From positions 34,791,644 through 34,855,643 of the forward strand of contig CM074524.1 of NCBI GenBank assembly GCA_037379345.1: a stretch of 64,000 bases of DNA, written 5' to 3'. A program made the position numbers and the translations under genes. Origin of the DNA: Perna viridis (lineage: Eukaryota). Positions 51,401 to 63,514 of this stretch are shown piece by piece; positions within the stretch are counted from its first letter, which is position 1, and each line of letters begins with the position of its first letter. The notes under the pieces are model-generated. The model had not been told where the DNA came from. It ran no database searches and saw only the letters and a program-made list of their open reading frames with translations.

Positions 51401-53662
51401 TGGGACTCCACTCCTAGGAGACCCAAACTTGTCAAGCCGTGCCAGTTCTTACAGCCCATCACCACAAAAGGGGGTGCGGGTGACTCGTTATCCAAATCAT
51501 GGACTAGTTAGCACATCCACATCTAGTCCAGCCCATAGTGAGCAAAGCCTAGAACGTTCTCCTAGCCCAAGCCCAGAAATTTCTGATCCGCAAGCCCAGG
51601 TGGCTATACATTGTTACCACATGACACTAATAGGGACAAGAAGCTATCCCATGGGGACCCACATAATGTAACCGCAACTCCAGAAAAAGGCTGAGTCTGA
51701 TACGTCTGATGAGTTGGATAAGGAAGTGGGGCAGTACTTCTTTTGGGCGTCAGTCAATAGGGACGATTCGTCTGGTAGTGATGACACCATACGCCTGAAT
51801 GCAGGGGAGATAACAATTGATAGTACTGAGTTGGAAAATTGGTCGAAATGAGGAGAAGATTAGGTGAACAAAGGGGGCCCTCCCCTCTGCAGATCTGGGA
51901 GATGTTAGTGGGTCAAAAAGGGGAATTTGATCAAGGAATACGGGATCATGGGGCAGTAGATACTGAAACGGTAGGGGATAGGATAAAATCACCCGGTGAG
52001 ACAAGGGGGGTGACAGAGGGAAGGAATCGGGGGGATTCTGTCGACCTTGTTGAAAGTTGTTTGTTTGTTGGGGTTTAACGTCCGAGCAGCAATATTTCAG
52101 CTATATTCAGACAATGAACATGAAATTGATGATAAAATGAGCATGAAATGATGATGGAATGAAAAAGGGATGGGACACAAGGACAATGGGGTCGACAAAT
52201 TTTGATTGCCACTGGAAATAGGGAGAGGTGGGTAGGGTCGGGCAATTTAGCCTCCTGTGGCGGAGCCCTATGGTTTTCCGTATTATAGCATGACAACCCC
52301 AGCATGTAACATACCAGGGGTACCCCATTACACCACCTGGGGCACACAACCCAGTTGCTCTGTGGGCAGAGCGCCATAGCCCCCGGCCAAGGTTCTGAGC
52401 ACTATTTAGTTGCCTTTTACGACAAGCTTAGCGCTGCTGCAGGCCTATTCTGTTAACACCCGGACCTGCACGGGGCCACCACCCATTAAGCGGGAGGTAG
52501 TAATGAACACTGCAGGCAGAGATATGCAGTGGAATGGGTTAGTAGCAGGGCGTGTGAAAATTGGGATTGGTAGGCAAACATTTGAAGCTGATGTTCATGT
52601 AGCCCCAATAAGTGATGAGATGTTGCTGGGAATTGATTTCTTGAAGCAGCAGGGGGTGGACCTGCAGTTGGCTAAGGGTACATTTTCAGTTAGGGGAGAG
52701 TCAGTCCCAATGAGCAGTGTGCCAGTCTCAGAATGTCCCCAAGTTCCAAGGGTGGCTCTGGATACAAGAGTAAAAATACCCCCGAACTCTGGTCCGACTG
52801 AAGGGTAACTTAAGCGAAACTTTGAATCGGGATTATTTCCTAGGGGCAAGCACGGTCAAAGAGATCTTGATGCCACGTATACTGAATAGAGCTCAGAGCC
52901 CATTGTGTGTCAGACAGGTTCATAAAGCTAGAAAAGGGGATTGAGCTGGCTCATGCGGAGGAAGTGGAGAGTGTTGAAGAAAGAAAGGGAGGGGCTGTTT
53001 AAAGGGTCCTACTATAGGCCAGATATGAAGCTCAGAGGACACGCCCCACTCTAGTGTGGAGGTACCCCCCACCTTAGGGAACTGTATACCAGGTCGATGA
53101 GAATGCTTGGGGAAGAACACCACCCTAAATTAGCGGTGCTTCTACAGGAGTTTCAGGATGTATTTGCAAAAAATAAATTTGACCTTGGGAGTTTTGATCA
53201 CATAGAGCATGCGATTGACACTGGGGACCACCCCAATTAAGCAGCGTATGCGCCGCACACCCCCCCCCATGGTTTTGCTCATGAAGAAGCCCACCTGAAG
53301 AAAATGTGTGAAGCAGGGGTGATCCAACCTTCCATATCAGAATGGGCGTCCAGTATTGGTACGTAAGAAGGATGGTGGGGTAAGTGGTGTACAGACTACC
53401 GCAAGCTCAACCACCTCACTCGCAAAGAAGTCTTCCCCCTTCCATTGGTAGAAGAGTGCCTTGATTCCCTAGCGGGTAATGTCTGGTTTCCGACACTGGA
53501 TGCTAACTGCTTATTGGCAGGTTGAAATTAAGGAGTCTGACCGCCCGAAAACGGCCTTTATTACCAAGTATGGGCTTTTCGAGTTTGCCCGTATGGCCTT
53601 TGGTTTATGCAGTTAGCCAGCCACATGTGCCCGGGTGGTGAACCAGAACCTCGTCCTCAGGG
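48488..53662 (+). mobile_element. Degenerate Gypsy LTR retrotransposon, 3' part missing
   Basis: LTR begins TGTAGT at 48488, PBS-like tggcactgcgac near 48702; gag YDGKSNWQAL..., knuckle CFHCQQEGHFKREC, protease tail MLLGIDFL, RT VRKKDG...DYRKLN, KTAFITKYGLFEF. Confidence 0.85.
52056..52476 (-). mobile_element. Structured-head SINE, full 5' end, internal deletion
   Basis: Head gccccgtgcaggtccggg; tail (AAAC)n; lacks the segment between two aacc(atag) microhomologies. Confidence 0.9.
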
Positions 53663-54177
53663 GCTCCGTGCAGGTCCGGGTGTCAAAAGAATAGGCCTGC
53701 AGCAGCGCTAAGCTTGTCGTAAAAGGCGACTAAATAGTGCTCAGAAACCTAGCCGGGGGCTAGGGCGCTCTGCCCACAGAGCAACTGGGATGTGTGCCCA
53801 GGTGGTGGAATGGGGTACCCCTGGCGTGTTACATGTTGGGGTTGTCAGGCTATAATACGGAAAACCTGACCGCAAACCATAGTGGTGCACCGTGTTTGGG
53901 AAAGATGCCACGTTCCTCGCACGTTAAAGAACCCTACTGTGGTATTCTCCCGGAGTAGGAACCATAGGGCTCCGCCACAGGAGGCTAAATTGCCCGACCC
54001 TACCCACCTCTCCTTATTTCCAGTGGCAATCAAAATTTGTCGACCCCATTGTCCTTGTAACCTATTCCTTTTTCATTTCATCATTTCATGTTCATTTTAT
54101 CATCAATGTCATGTTCATCGTCTGAATATAGCTGAAATATTGCTGCTCGGACGTTAAACCCCAACAACCAAACAAAT
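53663..54177 (+). mobile_element. Structured-head SINE, full length, non-matching flanks
   Basis: About 515 bp; contains a gcacgttaaagaaccc (Deu/Nin-like) core and the gctgaaatattgctgctcggacgttaaacccc tail. Confidence 0.9.
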
Positions 54178-56305
54178 AACTGTACAACAAACGACGAACA
54201 TTATTCGAGTTTCAAAATACCGGTTCGGGTAGAAGGTGTTACAGAAAATATTCAGACCCCAGAATCGGAAAACGTTTTCGTTGGTGTCTCGCGGAGACGT
54301 ACAGCCAGATTTTACTTGTGGTGCTAGGACGACTCGTTCTGGAATGATACACTTTCTTGAATGCAAAGGTGTTAAAGTGACTCATTTGCAACTCTTTCAC
54401 GGAAAATATAATCCGAACTTTACTTCAGCGAAGTCCAAATAGAGTCCGCCCATATGCTAGAAACATCGAACTTTTGGCCTGATGGTGTACGTTGTCGGAA
54501 ATGGTTAAATAACCGTGAATGGTCAAATAGATATTATGACGATAAAACCAGCGATTAACAACGGATTACACAATAAACAATATAAAAATCGCGCTAGTGT
54601 TTATCTTGTCTGTAACATTATTGTATATTATGTCTGTTGATATTAATATTATTAATTGGAATGTTAGAGGTATTATGTCCTCCACATTATGTCTTTCGAA
54701 CTTACTTAGGTATATAAATCCTGATATTGTGGTTATAACTGAGCACAAGTTAAAACCAAATTCGTTGCCTTACTTGCATAGTATTGATTCAAGATATATG
54801 TCGATTGCGAAGTCAGATTACCTAAATGATAGTTATAATTGTACCCATGGTAAAGGTGGAGTAGGAATTATGTTCATACAAACACTGCAATCTGCAATTG
54901 GTGAAATTGAAAACAAAGACAATTAAAGAATTGTTGGTATTAAACTACACACTAATGCATCTAGACCTATATTTTTGTGTGGTACATACTTACCTTCTGA
55001 CTCGTCGATTGATGATTATAGAGGTGATAATTGTTCTTGATGACTTATGAAAATTATGGCAATGTTATTATAGCTGGGCATTTTAATGCTTCATGTATGC
55101 AAAGAGACACTGATCACACAAATAGGCTTAAATCCCATGAATTACAGAAATTTTTAGAAAGGCATTTTTGTACAACGAGTTTTGTGTTGGTTACGTGCCC
55201 TTTAAAGGGCCATTTTTACATTCCTTAATAAGAACACAATGCTTGATTATATATTTTTTCAAGATTCATTTGCGAGAGAGGTAGGTTGCTATGAAATCCT
55301 TGCGTAAAGGACGTTTAGTTCAACGTCTGACCATTTACCAGTTCTATGTTCTATCAAAGTAACTGAAAACCCACATGTCGAATTAAAATCGTACTATGAC
55401 AGCTTGGAACAAATGTAACTCTGAAACAGAACTGGTGTATCAAAACAGACTCATAAATTGTTTGTCGAACTTGATTGCAAATACTGGATACGAAATTGAT
55501 GACAATGATTCTTTCTGTACGAGTTTTGTAATTATCTAATTGAATCGGCGAAATCATCTTTTCCTAATTCTACTTTTAATAATCACACTAAACCTTATTG
55601 GAACTCCGATGTTAAATCAGCACATAAAAGAGAACGTGAGATGGGAAAAATGTGGATTTCAGATGGACAACCAAGGGGAATGCAGCACGATTCCTATTCA
55701 GCATACAAAAAGGTGAAAAGAGACTACAAGAACATCCAGACGATGGCTTATACACAATACATCGAACAAACGTATGAGGATATCAATACGGCTGCCGAAT
55801 GCGATATAAGACTGTTTTGAAAGTTGGTGAAAAAGCAAAAGCCTAATCAATCCAAAGTTCTCACAGGAATACGGAATGACACTAACGTATACCTTACTCC
55901 CGAAACCATTACGCAAGCACTTTTGACAATACTTTCTATAATGAATTAGAAACAAACCATTCGGAAATAAATAATTTCTGCAAAAGTGATCATTTTCCCT
56001 ATCTTCCAGGTGGTTCGATTTCGGAGAACGATACTGCGAATGTAATCAAACCATTAAAGCTACGAAAAGCATGTGGCCCTGACAAAGTGCAAAACGAACA
56101 TTTAGTACATGATGGTTATCCTGTTAATCAATGCTTGACATTTCTATTTAACAATATTATTACGAAAAAAAAAGTTCCAAGTCAGTGGAAAAAAGGACTT
56201 ATTGTGCCAATCTACAAAGGTGGCGACAAACCAAAATACTGCACCGGACAGTTACAGGCCGGTCTGTCTACTCTCTTGTGTTCTAAAAGTGTTCGAGAAA
56301 ATTAT

Positions 56306-56702
56306 GTTTGTTTGTTTGTTGGGGTTTAACGTCCGAGCAGCAATATTTCAGCTATATTCAGACAATGAACATGAAATGGAAAAAGGATGGGACACAAGGA
56401 TAATAGGTCGACAAATTTTGATTGCCACTGGAAAAAGGGGGAATGGGTAAGGTCGGGCAATTTAGCCTCCTGTGGCGGAGCGCAAAGGTTCCTACTCCTA
56501 TCGAATACCGCAGCAGGATTCTTTAACGTAAAAGGAACGTGGCATCTTTCCAAACACGGTGCACCACTATGGTTTGCGGTCAGGTTTTCCGTATTATAGC
56601 CTGACAACCCCAGCATGTAACACGCCAGGGGTACCCCATTCCACCACCTGGGGCACACATCCCAGTTGCTTTGTTGGCAGAGCGCCTAGCCCCCGGCTAG
56701 GT
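56306..56702 (-). mobile_element. Structured-head SINE, 5'-truncated, 14-bp TSD
   Basis: TSD ttcgagaaaattat at 56292-56305 and 56703-56716. Confidence 0.92.
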
Positions 56703-58211
56703 TTCGAGAAAATTATCCTACAGCGATTACAAACGCACATTTTAACTCTCGATTTGTTTCCAAACCCCTTCCAGCAGGGATTTCAGAGAGGCTTTAGCTG
56801 CCTCACAGCCTCATTTATTGTACATGAAACTATTTATCATAATCTTGAATTGAATAGTAATGTATATGCTGCATTTCTCGATAGTCGAAAAGCTTTTAAC
56901 ACAGTATGGCGTAAAGCTTTAATGTATAAATTGTATAACTTAAAGGTGAAAGGTAAAGCATGGTGTATAATAAATGACTTATATAGTAATACTGAAAGTG
57001 CAACAGCTTTAAATCAGTGTAAATCTAGATATTTTAAAATGTCTGAAGGGGTGAGACAAGGGAAAGTATTACCTGGTTTACAATATATATATTGTTTTCA
57101 TTAATGACCTCCTCGTCGACCTTGAAAAATGTAATAACAAAATGGATATTAACAACTTAACCTGTTGAGCACCTTGTCTTGCTGATGATATTGCATGTCT
57201 TGCCACATCGCCTCCAAAGTTACAACAGATGTTAGATGTTTGTTCAAATTATGCAAATAAATGGCGTTTTGAATTTAATGGACTGAAATCTTGTATTATG
57301 TGTTTTTTCAAAAAGAGCAATGCGACCTAGTTACGGTTGGACAATTTGTCATCAAGATATACCAGTTACTGAAAACTATAAACACCTTGGAACAGAGTTA
57401 AATTGTAACTTCAGATCTTATGACAGAACCCAAAACGTATGCAGAAAAGGTCGAAATACATATTTTGCAGTTGCTAATATACGAATGGAAAATATCAACC
57501 CTACATCTATAATTAAACTATAAAACTTGTTTTGCCAACTTGTCTTTACGGCTGTGAAATATAGTCGAATCTTCGTAATCAAGACATTAATTTGTTTAAC
57601 AGATTTCAACATATGCGTAAAGACTACCGACTCGTATCAGGTCTGACATGTGTGAGAGCATGGTAGGACTCCTTCCAATATTCTGCGAATTGAAAAACGT
57701 AAACTTTCATTCTTCGGGAAACTGTGTTCGTTAGATTGTAACATTCTACCCTAAAAAGTTTTCCTCTATCGATTATATAACGTGCCTCACTAACATTAAT
57801 CTACACATGAGATTTATACCTGATCTTGTTGACATACTACAGAAATACAGACTATTTAATGCTGTGACACACTACTTGAGCTCGGGACAATTTCCCAACA
57901 AATCTGTGTGGAACAAAACAGTGAAAACAGCCATCAACTCTATACAACACGATGATTGGACTACACGTTTGACCATAGACTCCGAATTCTCTAGATTCTA
58001 TAAACTTCATGACTCGATATCTGTGGCAAACATTTGGAAATATCCAAAAAGTGCAATTGAACTTCGTAGAGCCTTTTCCATAGCCAAATTATGGACTTCG
58101 ATTTTAGAAACCGAAATGAAGTTATGTGCTGTAGACATTATGATTCATGCAACATGTGACTGCTCAATTACAAAACATTTAAACGATACATTATTTGATT
58201 TAATCATCGAA

Positions 58212-58652
58212 AGAGTAATGAAGGGAACCAAAGTTATAGCGGTAATCAAAAGAATGTAATCCAGGGACAAAGACCAGACATGGAAAACAGACACACACAA
58301 CAAAGAACAAAAGGTAACTAAAATCATACATACAAAGTAACAAAAGTAAATGAGCAATTCGGACTCTACTAAAAACTGGGAGCATGGACCAGGTGCACCG
58401 GTAGGGTAAGCGTCCTCTGCTTTTCTAGAAACACCCGCCGAGTTGCTCATAAAAGTCAAGTCCAGGGTAGACAAACGAGGAAAGGCAAACTATGACCCGT
58501 TGAATAAATCAGTTTTCATGGTGCTGATAGATACATCATAACGATCCACGAGTTCATGATGACGACCATAAAACTTCTGTAGTGATGACTTCAATCTTGT
58601 AGCAACATAACCTTGTTCCAGAAGCCTATTTGTTAGACTTCTAGCGCGATAC
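58212..58652 (-). mobile_element. Penelope-like 3' fragment
   Basis: Matches 23257..23697 ([20 protein letters not shown] plus UTR). Confidence 0.9.
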
Positions 58653-60799
58653 ATTTTGTTCTGGATCTCTATGTAGAACTATCTCATTACGATAGCGAAA
58701 CACTTTTTTCGTATTCATCTTGGGAGACTACCATCTACTTATCTATGTGACACCGATTGAAAGAGTTTTCGTTCATTGTGCAATTTACATATTGTAAAAT
58801 CAGCTGCCGAATATAATCGTTCTCTAGCCTCTTTACAGAGACCTATTGAGATTTTATCTTGAAGACGTGCAATGTCATCTGTAATACATCGGTTGTACGG
58901 AGATTTTGAGTGGTTGTAGTTACTTTGCATAATATTGTATTAAACAACACTTGTATATACATATATTTTACTTGTTCTATATATAATTATGGTGATATAG
59001 TTTGCTTTTTTCTATTATGTAAACTCTGTATAATTTGTATCATATCTCTTTTATAGAGGAAATAAAGACATGACTGAATGAATGATTGATTGATTGCTTG
59101 ATTATAAAGCATACCGTGGAAAAGGGGGCATAGAAATATTATATAAACGTTCTCTACAATTCTCTGTAAATGAAATTTAAGATACACACTGAGAAAGAAT
59201 TGTAGGAATAGAGTTGAAAAATCAATTATTCAGTTCATTGTATATATTTGGTGTTTACATTCGCTTGGACGAGTATAATACTGTGTTAAATTCCTTAGAT
59301 ATGTTATACTTATATTATAGTAATCAAGGGAATGTTTTGATTGCAGTCTATTGTCAAAAGATAGATTGGTGTCTAATGCACTCAAATCAAATCAATTATT
59401 GAAATTACAAACAGAAATAATTTACGATATGTAGGTAACAAAATACATTACAAAGGTCCAAACTATACATTTGAAACAAAAAAAAATCAATTTTAGACTA
59501 TATTCTGTTTGATGATGTTGTATGTAGACAGACAGATGAGGATTGCTGAAGGGGAGATAAGCAGTACTTCCGATCATTTACCAATATATGTATCTATCGA
59601 ATTAAACTCGAATCCTCACATAGTTTTAGAACAGTGTTATAAACGTCCATCATGGCATCGTATAACAGACGCTCAAATTGATCATTATCAACAGTGTTTA
59701 GTGGAGTCCTTAAACTCTTTATTTTGTGGATATAGAAAGTGGGGTTATAGATACTGACTCTGGATATGATGCATTTGTATCCGTCGTCCTCGGTGCGTCA
59801 GAGTGTGCTGTACCAAAAAACTGTTTCAACCCAAATACAAAACCATTTTGGACTAATGACGTTAAAGAAGCGCACCAAGAGGAGCGCAGACTCCGTAGAA
59901 TATGGATGTCCGATGGAAGACCGCGGGGTTATCACTTTGACAGCTACAAAAACTATAAAAAAGGCTGAATACAATTTTAGAATATCCAACAAACTGCATT
60001 TGAAAACTTTGAGAAACAATGTTATGACGATTTAAATAGATATGCGGAATTGGACATTCCAATGTTCTGGAAGTCGCTTAAACGTTTTTCGGAAAAAAGT
60101 CTAGTTTTTACCCGGAAATTATATATAATAACAAAGTATGTAATACTCCTGAGACTGTAACAAATGTCTCATACTTCGAAAACATTTACATTGAAAAAGA
60201 TCATGATTCATTTGTTTCGGGTTTCTAATTTTAAAAGTGACATATACAATATGTATGATGACATTTTACTAACGTGCAGTGGTAAAGTAGAAAACCTCCC
60301 TGGTGGATGGATTACCGAAGATGACATTTCTAAAGCAATACTAAACTAAAAAAATCTCCCGGTCATGATCGTGTACAGAACGAGCATATAAAATATGGTG
60401 GTAAAAAAACTGGTGAAATTCATTACTACGCTGTTTAATCGTATTGTACTTCCGAGAAAGTGGAAGTGCGGTCTCATAGTTCCCATATATAAAGGTGGAA
60501 CAAAAAGTAAAACTACTCAGGAGAGTTATAGATCTGTTAGTCTTGTATCTGCTGTCCTAAAATTATTTGAGAGTGTTCCAAGATCACGTATTACCTCCCA
60601 TGTTCTATATGAAAAATTCCCAAACCCCCAACAGCAAGGATTTCAACAGTGTCTCGGCTGTATGACAGCTTCCTTTAATGTACATGAAACTATATACCAC
60701 AATATTGAAATGTGTTACATACAACTATCTATCCGATGTTGGTTTCTCAATTAGTATCGCCGCGCGTATGAATAAATATTGTAGATCCGATCAATATTA

Positions 60800-61227
60800 C
60801 TAGCCGGGGGCTAGGGCGCTCTGCCCACAGTGCAACTGGGATGTGTGCTCCAGGTAGTGGAATGGGGTACCCCTGGCGTGTTACATGTTGGGGTTGTCAG
60901 GCTATAATACGGAAAACCTGACCGCAAACCATAGTGGTGCACCGTGTTGGGAAAGATGCCACGTTCCTCGCACGTTAATGAACCCTGCTGTGGTATTCTC
61001 CCGGAGTAGGAACCATAAGGCTCCGCCACAGGAGGCTAAATTGCCCGACCCTACCCACCTCTCCCTGTTCCCAGTGGCAATCAAAATTTGTCGACCAAGT
61101 TGTCCTTGTGTCCCATCCCTTTTTCATTTCATCATCATTTCATGTTCATTTTGTCATCAATTTCATATTCATCGTCTGAATATAGCTGAAATATTGCTAC
61201 TCGGACGTTAAACCCCAACAAACAAAC
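60800..61227 (+). mobile_element. Structured-head SINE, 5'-truncated, inserted in an LTR
   Basis: TSD atatta at 60794-60799 and 61228-61233. Confidence 0.9.
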
Positions 61228-62990
61228 ATATTATTGATTATTAAAGTAGTTCCAAGTTTGTAAACAATGTCTGACTGATGCCCTGATATGACCCCTCAGC
61301 CGCAAACATAACAACTGGCGACAAGGATAAACTAAGACAAGAAACAACTTAAAGAATGTCCACAGATTGGTACAATCTCGCCACTGCCACTAATAGAACT
61401 TTTCATTTAATTGAGGTGATTGACCCGATCCTTTGTTTCGACCTACCACGTGCTCCAAACAAAAACTCTGCCGTACAATCAAAGAATAATGGCAGCATTC
61501 GGTTTAATAGGGAAAATAGAACCATTCGATGAATCAATTGAACCCTGGGAATCATATATTGAAAGACCTGGACAATAAAAGAAATAGATAATGCAAAGAA
61601 AGTACTATCACTGCTATGCCTAATCGGGGGAAAATTATATTCTCTACTCCGAGACCTCACATTTCCCGATAAACCAGCAGACAAAACCTACGATGATCAT
61701 CTGTCACCCAAACCGTTACAATCCACAGAAAGATTTAGATTTGACACACGTGATATTAAAGAGGGAGAGTCCAATTAAGAAAACTGTCAATAAATTGTGG
61801 TTTCAATGCAGGGTTAAAGGAGAAATTAAGAGACAGATTGGTCTGTGGGATTAAGAAACCCAACATCCAGAAAAGACTATTAGCTGAAAAACAAACTCAC
61901 ATTTGAAAAAGCAGTTGAGATAAGTGTAGCTATGGAGACAGCAGCAAAAGATGCTACAGAGTTACAAGCAAAACATAAAGCTGAAAGGGTATACAAAATG
62001 CAGACAAAACCAAATCACAAAGCTAAATTTCCAACAACTAGAACAAATGACAAAGGGAACTCATGCTACAAATGTAACAAACCACGGCACCCACCACATA
62101 AATGCAGATTCAATGACTCAGTTTACTATAACTGTAATAAAAGGGGACACATCAAGAAAGCTTGCCGGTCCAAAGTAGATAAACCTAATCCACAAACAAA
62201 ACCAATCAAGAAGAGAGTATATGCATTAGAAACTGACACAGACAGTGATAACTGTATCGCTAGTCTAGAAACTTATGAAATGAACAATAAAAACAAACTG
62301 GAAGATGCTATTCGGGTTACACCTACAGTCGAAGGAAAGAAACTTAAAATGGAACTTGATACTGGATCAGTAGTATCAGTCATGTCCAAAGAAGATTACA
62401 AGAAGACATTCAGCAACATGGGGTTAATGAAATCCACTGTAACACTAAAGACTTACTCAGGAGAATATATTAAGCCTTTAGGGTATATTAATGCCAAGGT
62501 TGAGCATTTGCTCTACGGTAGAAGCTGAACTCGATAGATTGGACTAAAGAAGGCACAAAAGTACAACATAGTGAGTGGGCTACCCCATAGTGCCAGTTTT
62601 AAAGAAAAATGGCAATGCAAGAATATGTGGAGATTTCAAAGTAACTGTAAACCCTGTAAGACATGTTAACCATCAATACTCATCGTGGACTTTATCGATA
62701 CAACCGTATGGCTTTTGGCATATCATCAGCGCCAGCAATCTGGCAGCGAACAATCGAACAAGGTTTGAATTGAGTTACAAGAACTCCATGCATTTTAGAC
62801 GACATGATAATAACAGGAAAATCTGATGACGAACATCTTAACAACTTAGAAAATGTCTTAAAGAGATTAGATCAGTACAGACTAAGAGCGAACTTAGAAA
62901 AATGCAAATTCTTTAAAGACCAAATAACATTCTGTGGTGATGTCATCGACAAGAATGGACTGCACAAAACGCCGGACAAAATAGAAGCCA

Positions 62991-63514
62991 GTTTGTTTGT
63001 TTGTTTGTTGGGGTTTAACGTCCGAGCAGCAATATTTCAGCTATATTCAGACAATGTGTGAAACATGAAATTGATGATAAAATGAATATGAAATGATGAA
63101 ATGAAAAAGGGTTTGGACACAAGGACAATGGGGTCGACAAATTTTAATTGCCATTGGAAATAGGGAGAGGTGGGTAGGGTCGGGCAATTTAGCCTCCTGT
63201 GGCGGAGCCCTATGGTTCCTACTCCGGGAGAATACCACAGTAGGGTTCTTTAACGTGCGCGGAACGTGGCATCTTTCCCAACACGGTGCACCACTATGGT
63301 TTGCGGTCAGGTTTTCCGTATTATAGCCTGACAACCCCAACATGTAACACGCCAGGGGTATCTCATTCCACCACCTGGGGCACACAACCCAGTTGCTCTG
63401 TGGCCAGAGCGCCCTAGCCCCCGGCTAGGGTTCTGGGCACTATTTAGTCGCCTTTTACGACCAGCGTAGCGCTGATGCAGGCCTATTCTTTTAACACCCG
63501 GACCTGCACGGGGC
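62991..63514 (-). mobile_element. Structured-head SINE, full length, inserted in Gypsy RT
   Basis: TSD gaagcca at 62984-62990 and 63515-63521; 5' end gccccgtgcagg. Confidence 0.93.

Larger units (their letters stand above)
48081..59096 (+). mobile_element. Degenerate RTE-X/CR1-group LINE 'B' nested in LINE A, itself interrupted by Gypsy, SINE and PLE copies
   Basis: Coiled-coil ORF1 48165-48487 and 54180-54560; ORF2 NWNVRG...TEH (from 54630), FLDSRKAFNTV, GVRQG, LADD; AATAAA 59061 and a (TGAA/TGAT)n tail to 59096. Confidence 0.75.
46740..60712 (+). mobile_element. Degenerate RTE-X/CR1-group LINE 'A' (pieces about 46740-48080 and 59097-60712)
   Basis: ORF1 remnant RFYLSGI...; EN start SLKIVSWNVRG near 47990 resumes as RGKGGI...IFGVY...SDHLPI; RT start KSPGHD, IVPIYKGG, QQQGFQ; cut by a Gypsy LTR at 60713. 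Confidence 0.7.

Noticed and set aside
52075-63385. Recurrent ORFs containing APPQEAKLPDPTHLSLFP as a multicopy protein family
   Set aside because: They are chance translations of the SINE copies, with inconsistent starts and frames.
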